Source: Candidatus Nanohaloarchaea archaeon
GTDB lineage: Archaea; Nanohalarchaeota; Nanosalinia; Nanosalinales; Nanosalinaceae
NCBI GenBank assembly: GCA_013343275.1
Contig: CP046106.1
Coordinates: forward strand, 832,001 to 896,000
DNA length: 64,000 bases
Direction: 5' to 3'
The notes under the pieces are model-generated. The model was not told the DNA's origin. It was given only the letters and a program-made list of their open reading frames with translations, and ran no database searches. Made by a program: the position numbers and the translations under genes. Of the stretch, positions 52,449 through 60,708 are shown in pieces (position 1 is the first letter of the stretch; each line of letters begins with the position of its first letter).

Positions 52449-52524
52449 TTGATCAGTGGGTGTTTTCGTCATCATCCCTTTATTCAAGGATCAGACGATG
52501 TCGAAAGAGTTCTCATCATCTCAA
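52449..52524 (-). ncRNA. box C/D guide sRNA
   Basis: C ATGATGA 52519-13, D' CTGA 52494-91, C' ATGATGA 52475-69, D CTGA 52456-53; terminal stem TTGA/TCAA; guides complementary to 23S. Confidence 0.8.
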
Positions 52525-52594
52525 AAAAGAACTACTCGACATAAGGAGTTGGGCCTGTCAAAGTTAAAAAGAGAAAGGAAGAGATGTGGAGGAT

Positions 52595-53230
52595 TTATGG
52601 TCTCCTCTGTGGAGGCCCCTGGTTTCCTTGAGGAGTGGTGTTAGTTGGGGGCTGCTGTGCCTGGTTGCCTGCCTGTGTACTCTTCCTATCAACTTCTATG
52701 TCCTTCCCTACTACTCCGGATTCCGATATTACTGGTTTCAGGATGTAGCCCTGGTTGTTCTGCTGGTTACCTCTGAGAACTACCTGTATGTCGAATACGA
52801 AGCTGGTGGTCTCGTTAGGCCTTACTGTGAATGGCTTGGTTATCATCAGCTTCCCTGGTGGAACCTTGACCTCGACGCTTGACCCGTTTACTGATGCGTT
52901 AACTGTCTCTGTGTAAAGCTCTATCTTCGAGTAGTTCCCGGCCTCCAGAGTAGTGTTGACCAGCGACTCGGCTGACTCGTTCTGGAGCTGCGTTAAGTCT
53001 ACCATCGAAGTGTTCTCCAGCGAGATCTGTTTGACTTCGACAGTACTGTTGTTGGATACGAATATCCGTGCATGTGAGAATCCTACGTTAAGGTAGTCAA
53101 ACTTGTCTATATCGGCCGGTCTGTCTGATACGAGAAGTTCAAACTGGCCTGTATTGGATTGTGTGGTTGATGTGCAGCCTGAAACAGTTATTACTGCTGC
53201 AAGTAGTGCGAGAGCATGTATTCTTTTCAT
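52595..53230 (-). CDS. DUF4382-like lipoprotein
   Basis: lipobox VSGC; LLVSDRP, VDLTQL, GNYSKIEL, YILKPVI. Confidence 0.75.
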   Translation of the reverse strand: MKRIHALALLAAVITVSGCTSTTQSNTGQFELLVSDRPADIDKFDYLNVGFSHARIFVSNNSTVEVKQISLENTSMVDLTQLQNESAESLVNTTLEAGNYSKIELYTETVNASVNGSSVEVKVPPGKLMITKPFTVRPNETTSFVFDIQVVLRGNQQNNQGYILKPVISESGVVGKDIEVDRKSTQAGNQAQQPPTNTTPQGNQGPPQRRP

Positions 53231-53324
53231 ATGTACTTTGTTTGGGTCTTTCAGGTTTAACCTTTTCGCTTCTCAGGTTTTCAGCCGTATACAATTTTAA
53301 GTCCTGAGTGTAAATGTGGAAGTA

Positions 53325-53963
53325 ATGAGCAAAACCAAAGGTAAGCTTCTGGTTCTTGCAGCAGTTCTTATGATGGTTGCTGCAGTTCCAGCAGTTGCAC
53401 AGAACACGACAGACGATCCTGATCAGGTCCAGAATGACTCCGACTCCGAGTTTGAATCTCCAGAGAACGAGACCGAAGACGAAGAGAATGAGACAGAGGA
53501 TTCTGAATCAGAAAACGAGACGGAGGAAGACTCCTCATTTGGTGAGGACAGCAGTTCCTCTCAGAACGAATCTAGTTCAGAAAGCTTGGAAGATATAGAA
53601 ACGATGGAGGAAGCAAAAGAGAGAATCCTAGAGCTTAGAGAACAGATTCGAGAACTGAAGAAGGAGATCAGGGAACTCGAATCCGAGGATTCCGAGAAAC
53701 CTGAACTTCCTGAAGAAGCCTCTGAAACAGCCGAAGAAGCAAGCAACTCTGCTGATGACTTTAACAGGTCAGAAAGTGAGACTGAAGTAACTCGAAACGG
53801 CACAGAGGTAGAGATCGAAAGAGAGACCGAAGGCAACCAGACCAAAACAGAGGTCGAAGTAGAAAGAAACGGCACAGAGACAGAAGTAGAGACCAGAGGA
53901 CCTGCCAGCAACTCCAAGAGACCAGGATTCGTCTCCAACATTATATCCAGCATCTTTGGATAG
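53325..53963 (+). CDS. secreted acidic protein
   Basis: signal peptide AVA|Q, short coiled coil, ETEV repeats, amphipathic C-terminal helix. Confidence 0.75.
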   Translation: MSKTKGKLLVLAAVLMMVAAVPAVAQNTTDDPDQVQNDSDSEFESPENETEDEENETEDSESENETEEDSSFGEDSSSSQNESSSESLEDIETMEEAKERILELREQIRELKKEIRELESEDSEKPELPEEASETAEEASNSADDFNRSESETEVTRNGTEVEIERETEGNQTKTEVEVERNGTETEVETRGPASNSKRPGFVSNIISSIFG

Positions 53964-54108
53964 AAAAACCTTAAATTTACTTTCTCTTTTTTATTTTTAG
54001 GAATCTTAAAGCTATTTCCTGTGTATAGAATTTCTTAAATTCATCTTACGTTGCCGAGTGTTGGCAACATCCAGAACATATTTATTAGTTACTTTATAGT
54101 AACAACTT

Positions 54109-55062
54109 ATGAGTAGCCGGTCTGATCTGACTACAACCTGGCAAGATCATGTTCGTTACTTAGAAAACGAAGATGGAGAAACCTTCGAGAGCGCTGCATC
54201 AGGTACCGAATACGAGAGCAGCCAGCTTGTAGACCGGCTGAAAAGCGAAGTTGACATGATGGTGGATGGAGAGAATCCATCCGCAAACGGAAATACTAGA
54301 CCTGTGCCACGTATAGCAGATTCAGAAGGCAATTATGTGCTTAGAGATGTGGTAGATCAGGAATGGTACGATTTAATAGCAGGCGATGGCTACGAGGATG
54401 CTGAGCAGTTTGTACCCTTTGAATCCACTCATGGTGATACATTTGTACAGTATTCTCCCGAGGAAAGCAGTCCTTCGCCCCATCAAGGATGGAAAGTCCG
54501 GGTAGCCTCCTATGCTGACGAAGCTAGAGATGTCGCAGAAGCCGTCTTACCTTATCTGCAGGAACACGATATAAGCCACAAAGTTATGCAGGACGTTCAA
54601 ATCTTCAATAATAATGAAGGCACACGACAGGAAGGCAAGTTCATAACTATATACCCGGAGATAGACGAGGACAGACAGGACGTTGTAATGGAGAACGGGA
54701 TGCAGTTATTCAAAAGAGAAGATCCCGGCTGGAATTCTTTCTCTATAAACTCCAATACCAAAAACGCCCGACAGATCGTCGAGGATCTGGAAGATGAGTT
54801 AGAAGGATCTGTCGCTGGACTGGAAGGCCGTACTATAGATGGCAAAAATGGCGAAGAGAAACAGTACGGCAATACCAGGATCCATTTCCGTTACGCACAT
54901 CACTTCAACACTCCCGCCGTAATTATCGATGAATCCGGAGGATTAGAGCAGGTCGGGGATCACGAAGGCCTCGTCAATAAAGATGGAGAACTTGTGGAAG
55001 GTAGCTACATAGGAGATCAGGTAGACGAAGCTACAAGGCCTGACAGGTTCCTAGAATTATAG
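54109..55062 (+). CDS. stand-alone phosphothreonine-lyase-like domain protein (LanKC N-terminal/OspF type)
   Basis: PHQGWKVRV, VLPYL..ISHKV, QEGKFITIYP, IHFRY. Confidence 0.7.
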   Translation: MSSRSDLTTTWQDHVRYLENEDGETFESAASGTEYESSQLVDRLKSEVDMMVDGENPSANGNTRPVPRIADSEGNYVLRDVVDQEWYDLIAGDGYEDAEQFVPFESTHGDTFVQYSPEESSPSPHQGWKVRVASYADEARDVAEAVLPYLQEHDISHKVMQDVQIFNNNEGTRQEGKFITIYPEIDEDRQDVVMENGMQLFKREDPGWNSFSINSNTKNARQIVEDLEDELEGSVAGLEGRTIDGKNGEEKQYGNTRIHFRYAHHFNTPAVIIDESGGLEQVGDHEGLVNKDGELVEGSYIGDQVDEATRPDRFLEL

Positions 55063-55182
55063 TGCGAGGGCGAAGCCGTCTTGTATCTTTCTTCGGAACA
55101 CGAAACCCTCTTGTCTGAAATAAGAAGAAATAATAGTTATTGTAGGGGGCAGGAAGGCAATATGTCCTGTAATTTATTTATA

Positions 55183-56688
55183 TCAAGTGTAGTTTTCCAT
55201 TAGTTTCCTTGCGTTTTCAAGATCATTAAGTGCCTGATTAACTTCATTATATGCTTTTTCAGTCTCTGTTATTAAGGATTTTATACTTTCAACCTGTTTT
55301 TTCTGTGATAGCATTTGAGCTTCCTGTTCCTCGTCACTATGAAATCTTTGCAACATACTTGATATGTCATTAAGGCCTTTTTCGAGATCTTCTATTATTT
55401 CCAAGTATTTCTGGCTTTTCTCTACTATGTGAGACTCATAATTTATGTCTCCCACATAAGCTAATTGATACATATTCTTTGCCTCCTTTTGATCTTCTTC
55501 AAGCATTTCGTAGTCTTCACGCAATCTTTTCTCATCAGATTTCAAATTTTCAATCATGCTCTTTAGATCGCGGTGTAAAGCCTGTAATTCAGGAGATTTA
55601 TCCGCAATTTTCTCCAAAGAAGATATCAAGTCTTCAATATTTCGTATATGCTGATTGAAGGATACTTCTTTTGAATCTGGGAACTTGCTGCTGCTAAATA
55701 TCCCTAATATGACAAGAGCGTGTGTTATATACTGATTTGTTTTTTCTCTATCTCTATTAAACCTCTTTATCTTTTTATCCAAGTTGCCATCGATAAAATC
55801 CTTTACTGCTGATGTATTCTCGCCTGAGGCTGCTTTTTTAATCATTTCGGATGCCGTTTCTCTAATTTTTCGCTTCCTTTGTTTAAGATCCATCTCTTCA
55901 GTCATTTTAAGAAAGGATTTCGAGCAGTTCTCAATTACGCTGACCGGTGCATTAAATTCACTTCTATAGTAAGAACCGTCTGGCGTTTGCTCTGAATGAA
56001 GACTTGCTATAGAAAAGGCTGCTGCCTCGTCTACTGAAACAAGATAAGGTTTCTGATCCTGTAAAGTTTTGAGATTATATCCAGAATCTGATATAGTGGA
56101 GTTTATGTAGAAATGCGTTAATTCGTGAGATACTGTACCAAAGTAATCCTTATCATCACCTGTTTTCTTGTTGGAAAAAAGAGGTGAGACGAATCTTTTG
56201 AGTTCGTTAGGTATTTCAGGCAGATAATCTTTAGGAACTCTGTTGAATACAATCTCTGATTTATTAGAGTCGTATTCTTTTGGGAAACAGTGATAGGCGA
56301 GAAAGGTAGAGTCTACTAATGGAAAGTCCTCAGTCTCTTCCGCATTACTGATTCTGTTTAGCATTTCCCGTATGTTAGCTGCATTTCTATCCTCAATCTG
56401 CTCTAATTCTCTTATTTCGCTTTTATTGTTTCTCAAAGCAAATATGAGGGCACTTAAACAGTAAGACCGAGAAGTTACATTGGCTGTTTTAAGTCGTGGA
56501 ATAAATACTGAACTAACCAAATCAGAATTGTTAAGGTCAATATGATCTACTTCCGATAAGTCATTTGATATTATTTCCAAAATTTCCTCTTCGGATTCAA
56601 TTAGGAACTCTGATATCCTGTTGAAATTATTCAGAAAAGCTCTTGTAAAATTCTCATCTTCTACAGAACTTGTTATTTTGGGCGACAT
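55183..56688 (-). CDS. AT-rich island protein with HExxH metallopeptidase-like motif and helical C-terminus
   Basis: SHELTHF followed by DEAAA; C-terminal heptads. Confidence 0.65.
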   Translation of the reverse strand: MSPKITSSVEDENFTRAFLNNFNRISEFLIESEEEILEIISNDLSEVDHIDLNNSDLVSSVFIPRLKTANVTSRSYCLSALIFALRNNKSEIRELEQIEDRNAANIREMLNRISNAEETEDFPLVDSTFLAYHCFPKEYDSNKSEIVFNRVPKDYLPEIPNELKRFVSPLFSNKKTGDDKDYFGTVSHELTHFYINSTISDSGYNLKTLQDQKPYLVSVDEAAAFSIASLHSEQTPDGSYYRSEFNAPVSVIENCSKSFLKMTEEMDLKQRKRKIRETASEMIKKAASGENTSAVKDFIDGNLDKKIKRFNRDREKTNQYITHALVILGIFSSSKFPDSKEVSFNQHIRNIEDLISSLEKIADKSPELQALHRDLKSMIENLKSDEKRLREDYEMLEEDQKEAKNMYQLAYVGDINYESHIVEKSQKYLEIIEDLEKGLNDISSMLQRFHSDEEQEAQMLSQKKQVESIKSLITETEKAYNEVNQALNDLENARKLMENYT

Positions 56689-56701
56689 ACAATAAATTCA
56701 G

Positions 56702-56800
56702 CTATTTATACACATAAGGATTTTCTCTATCCATTATAGCGTGACTTTCTCTCAAGTCTTCTATGTTTAGGTGTCCATATGTGTCTGCTTTTTGTTGTGG
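56702..56800 (-). pseudogene. possible tyrosine-integrase C-terminal remnant
   Basis: KADTYGHLNIEDLRESH resembles the catalytic-Tyr segment; no upstream start; lies next to the att site. Confidence 0.35.
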
Positions 56801-56900
56801 AGATTTAACTCTCGTTCTTTTATCGTGTATGTCATCTGACAATTCGGCATAGTCCTGGACCTTCCTTATAAACCATTCGTGAACGAAGAAGAGTCAATAG

Positions 56901-56983
56901 TGCGAGGGCGAGGATTCGAACCCCGGAACCTCTACAGGACAGCGCCCTCAACGCTGCGCCTTTGACCACTTGGCTACCCTCGC
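56901..56983 (-). tRNA. tRNA-Leu(GAG)
   Basis: CAGCG-TTGAGGG-CGCTG, long variable arm. Confidence 0.93.
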
Positions 56984-57059
56984 AGTAGGTAGTATACTAG
57001 TTTTCTGTAGGCCTATTTTTTTAACTGATCGGGCGATAGTGTCTCTTCTGCATTTTTCA

Positions 57060-57776
57060 TCATCTTTCAAGGAAACAGGCCTTCCTATCCCTACGACCTT
57101 CTTCACGGGCAAGTCTGTCAGAAGCTTCGGTTAGACTGGAACGATAATTTTCCAGAAACTCTGTAGAGGTTAACTCCTCGGCATTGAACTCGTCCATAAC
57201 GGTCTGGTAGAAATCCTGGCCTCCGAGTACTTCGGAGGATTTCTCCATAGCTTCCCTATGTTCTTCAACTTCTCTTGCTGAGAAACCGTCCTTGTACATT
57301 AAATCGTAGATATCGGGTTCTTCCTCCGCCCAGTAGGCTCGCAGAACTGCCGAATCTTCCTCGAATTTCTGGGATACTCCTACAAGTTGATCGCCTCCAA
57401 GATAGAGGTCTCGGGCGCCTCTCTGAAAGCACTCTTCAACTCTGTCGTCGATGAAGTCGTGAAGCTGTTGAGTGTAGGTATCAGCTCTTTTAGTGTCGCC
57501 GGGTTGTAGCGGGAGGCCAAAGGTTAAAGCATACTTTGATTCGTCAGAGAAAACGGTGTGGCCCCCATCAGGCCTTCTGAAAGCTTCTTCTCCGGGTTCA
57601 AGGTCTCCGAACCTCTCGTACCTACCTCTCATTGCATGGCCTTCTTCCTGGTGGTCAAGCCCGACAAGAGCAGGGTTATCGCTGCCTAACTCCTGTGTCA
57701 GCTCCACTAGATCCGGTATATGTGCTGGCTCCTCTACTTCTATACTGTATGCCTCTGTCTCTGCCGGAGTATTCAT
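57060..57776 (-). CDS. divergent lipoate-ligase-fold protein
   Basis: FRRPDGGHTVF, DLYLGGDQLVGVSQ (the conserved Lys is absent). Confidence 0.55.
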   Translation of the reverse strand: MNTPAETEAYSIEVEEPAHIPDLVELTQELGSDNPALVGLDHQEEGHAMRGRYERFGDLEPGEEAFRRPDGGHTVFSDESKYALTFGLPLQPGDTKRADTYTQQLHDFIDDRVEECFQRGARDLYLGGDQLVGVSQKFEEDSAVLRAYWAEEEPDIYDLMYKDGFSAREVEEHREAMEKSSEVLGGQDFYQTVMDEFNAEELTSTEFLENYRSSLTEASDRLAREEGRRDRKACFLER

Positions 57777-58513
57777 CTATATAACCAGTCTCTACTTGAA
57801 TATTTATCAGCTAACTCTTCCGCTCTCTCAACTTCTGACGGTTTCAGATCGTCTTCGTAAATCTCTCTAATCTCTGTCAAGCCTTTTTTCAAGGCCTCTA
57901 TAGCTTCTTCGAAGCTTGCATCTGTTTCCTGTTCTACCGAGGTGACTCTTTCCCGGAACTCCTTGATCTGCTTGTCCTTCAACTTGTCTTCGTCAGGTGT
58001 TAGAAGAGAGAACATTTCCTCTGCGTCAACACTGTACAGAAGGGTCCCTCCTATATAGACGACGCCATCCTCTCTTTTCATTGTGGCTCCCGAGATCTTT
58101 CCCCTATCCGTTACTATATCGTTTACAGGCTGGTGCTCCGCATCTATACCTATAGATGCCAGGCCTCGGGCTATACTGCTGCATACCTGTTGGTAGACTT
58201 TGTTTACATCTTCAGGGAACTTTTCTTCCGGTGCTATCAGGCCCCAGGTTATCTCTCCATCCTCTGTCAGATAGGTTGCACCTCCGCCGCCCTGACGCCT
58301 GACAAGGACAACGTCATCTCTTCTTTCGAATTCCTCCTGGTTTACTTCCTCTTCGAAACTTTGACTGTAGCCTAGGTTTACTGCGTTAGGGCTCCAGCCT
58401 GAAAGAAATACTACTGGATCGCTGTCTTCTCTAACTGACTCCATCAAGGCCTTGTTCAGCCCTGTCTTGAAGTAAGGGCTGTAGTGCTGGAAAGGTATGT
58501 AACGCCATCTCAT
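57773..58513 (-). CDS. lipoate-protein ligase A family
   Basis: VRRQGGGGATY, NDIV..GKISG. Confidence 0.88.
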   Translation of the reverse strand: MRWRYIPFQHYSPYFKTGLNKALMESVREDSDPVVFLSGWSPNAVNLGYSQSFEEEVNQEEFERRDDVVLVRRQGGGGATYLTEDGEITWGLIAPEEKFPEDVNKVYQQVCSSIARGLASIGIDAEHQPVNDIVTDRGKISGATMKREDGVVYIGGTLLYSVDAEEMFSLLTPDEDKLKDKQIKEFRERVTSVEQETDASFEEAIEALKKGLTEIREIYEDDLKPSEVERAEELADKYSSRDWLYR

Positions 58514-58615
58514 TCTTGCTCCCTGTACAACAAAAAAGGATTTACTTGTTCATAAGTTCTGTCAAGAGAGGAGAAAGGCCTAGGTTATTTATCTATTAAA
58601 TAACAAGATTAAAGC

Positions 58616-58888
58616 ATGGATGAAGCCTCACATAAAGTCCCTGATGGAAAAATGGTGAATATAAAGCTGCAGACACATGAAGGAGTTTTAACTCATGTTG
58701 AACTAAGAGGAGACTTCTTCATCGAGCCGGCAGAGAAACTTTCTGAACTGGAAGATGCCCTGAACGGCCTTCCAATAGATGCAGACAAACAGGATATAGT
58801 GGACAGTATCGAATCAGTAGATGTAGAGCTCATAGGTTTCTCAGCAGAAGATATCGCTGAAGCAATCAGGAAAGCGATGGGTGAATGA
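58616..58888 (+). CDS. lipoate ligase C-terminal accessory subunit (LplB-like)
   Basis: KVPDGKMV, LRGDFFIEP..LEDALNG. Confidence 0.8.
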   Translation: MDEASHKVPDGKMVNIKLQTHEGVLTHVELRGDFFIEPAEKLSELEDALNGLPIDADKQDIVDSIESVDVELIGFSAEDIAEAIRKAMGE

Positions 58889-58891
58889 AAG

Positions 58892-59641
58892 ATGGATAAA
58901 TGGCATGTAATTAACGAAGGCGAGCACTCCGAGGCCATGCACCACGCAATTGATGAAGTTCTTACAGAAAAAATGAATAAAGGCGAAATAAGGCCTACAC
59001 TACGCTTCTGGTATCGCAAGAACCCTAGTGTGCCGATAGGTAGATTCCAGGCCTACAGTGATGAAGTTGAACATGACTACGCTGAAGAAAAAGATATAGA
59101 GGTAGTGAGAAGGATAACTGGTGGCGGAGCAATGTTCTGCGAGCCAGGAAACGTCATAACTTACTCAATATACATTCCTAGAGGCCATGTACCAGAAGAT
59201 GTAGAGGAAAGCTACCAGGAGCTTGACCGATTTGCCGTAGACACGTTAAACCAGCTAGGAGTAGAAGCTGAGTACGCACCTCTGAATGATATAGAGCACA
59301 GCGAAGGAAAGCTGGGAGGAGCAGCACAGCTCCGAAAAGACAACGCAGTTCTTCACCATACGACTATCAGCTATGACCTTGATATCCAGAAGATGCTTAA
59401 AGTGCTCAGAATAGGGAAGGAAAAAGTATCGGATAAAGCAATAAAGTCAGCTGAACAGAGAGTAACAAGAATGTCAGACCTTACGGACAAGGATAGATCC
59501 GAAATAATAGATGAACTAATCCAGAACTTCACAAAAGGCAAAGAACATGAGCATAGAGGCCTTACTGATGAAGAAATGGATCTGGCGCGTGAAAAAGTCC
59601 GTGAAAAGTTCTCTACAGAAGACTGGAATCAGGGCCTCTAA
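58892..59641 (+). CDS. lplA: lipoate-protein ligase A catalytic subunit
   Basis: VVRRITGGGAMF, NDI..GKLGGAAQ, LHHTT. Confidence 0.9.
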   Translation: MDKWHVINEGEHSEAMHHAIDEVLTEKMNKGEIRPTLRFWYRKNPSVPIGRFQAYSDEVEHDYAEEKDIEVVRRITGGGAMFCEPGNVITYSIYIPRGHVPEDVEESYQELDRFAVDTLNQLGVEAEYAPLNDIEHSEGKLGGAAQLRKDNAVLHHTTISYDLDIQKMLKVLRIGKEKVSDKAIKSAEQRVTRMSDLTDKDRSEIIDELIQNFTKGKEHEHRGLTDEEMDLAREKVREKFSTEDWNQGL

Positions 59642-59693
59642 GTAGGTTCTCTGCAATTATTTTTAAGATTCGTCGCCGGATTTTGATATCCGG

Positions 59694-60167
59694 ATGGCTG
59701 AAATAGTTGACAACTCTCTCGAGGAACTGGACCTAGTAAACGTAGATGTAGGAGAATACAGGGTAACCAACGATAAAACACTGACAGTCGATGGCCTCGG
59801 AACATGCATGGGTATAGCAGCATACGACCCGAAAACCCGTGAAAGCTATCTTCTACATGCTTCTACCTGGGAAAACGAAGATCTAGAGCGGCAGATAGAA
59901 GAATTTGTAGATGAGATATCTGAAATAGGTCGGCCTTATGAAGTACTGGCGGCAGGAACGATGGACTCAAAATACAATCCTTTAACAGATGAGGAATTTG
60001 CTGAAGAGGCCAGATCTATAGCTGAGAATATACTGGAAGAGAGAGAAGTGCCTTTTGAAACAGCATGGAACAATGAACCGGTCTACAACCGCCTGACAGT
60101 CTCTCCGGAATACGGTATTCTCTACGATAGGCCGGAAGAGTTCATAACTGACATAGAAACCGAGTAG
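59694..60167 (+). CDS. CheD-like Cys/His deamidase-fold protein
   Basis: VDVGEY, GLGTCMGIAAYDP, LLH. Confidence 0.65.
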   Translation: MAEIVDNSLEELDLVNVDVGEYRVTNDKTLTVDGLGTCMGIAAYDPKTRESYLLHASTWENEDLERQIEEFVDEISEIGRPYEVLAAGTMDSKYNPLTDEEFAEEARSIAENILEEREVPFETAWNNEPVYNRLTVSPEYGILYDRPEEFITDIETE

Positions 60168-60686
60168 TCAGTACTTTGGATTCTTTTCCTCTACATCTGC
60201 CAGAAAGTTCTCGTGACGGGCCATCAGGAAGAAAAGATCGCTTAAACGGTTGATATAGGCCAGTACCTCTTCACGCAGTTCCTCGTCCTGATCCAGCTTT
60301 ACAATCTTTCTTTCAGCTCTACGTGCGACAGAGCGGGCCTGATGGAGGTGAGCGGCAGATTTAGTTCCTCCGGCAAGCACGAAACTTCTCAGTGGAGGAC
60401 ATTCCTCCTGGTAACGATCACATAAATCTTCTAGTCTATCAATATTTTCCTGCGTAACCTTGGTATCAGGCTCTCTGTTAGCAAGTTCGGCCTGAAGAAT
60501 ATGCAGCTCGTTCTGCACCTCCTCAAGCTCCTCCTCTTTTTCGTCTGTATAACTCCTGCATAGACCTGTCAGAGAGTTTAACTCGTCAACAGTACCGTAG
60601 GCCTCAATCCTCTCACTGCTTTTCGAAACTCTCTCTCCCGATGAAAGATCTGTCCGGCCTCTATCCCCTCGCCCTGTGTATACCAT
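60168..60686 (-). CDS. cob(I)alamin adenosyltransferase, PduO type
   Basis: YTGRGDRGRT, AYGTVDELNS, ARRAER, YINRLSD. Confidence 0.93.
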   Translation of the reverse strand: MVYTGRGDRGRTDLSSGERVSKSSERIEAYGTVDELNSLTGLCRSYTDEKEEELEEVQNELHILQAELANREPDTKVTQENIDRLEDLCDRYQEECPPLRSFVLAGGTKSAAHLHQARSVARRAERKIVKLDQDEELREEVLAYINRLSDLFFLMARHENFLADVEEKNPKY

Positions 60687-60708
60687 GAGTTGACTTAGAA
60701 GTCTAGTC

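Larger units (their letters stand above)
55059..56911. mobile_element. small tRNA-Leu-integrated island bounded by a 15-bp direct repeat
   Basis: ATAGTGCGAGGGCGA at 55059-55073 and 56897-56911 (tRNA 3' end); AT-rich interior. Confidence 0.7.

Noticed and set aside
52390-52560. SRP RNA, hammerhead ribozyme or the 62-aa ORF 52456..52644
   Set aside because: Lacks the SRP helix-8 motif and a proper hammerhead core; the box C/D model explains the motifs better
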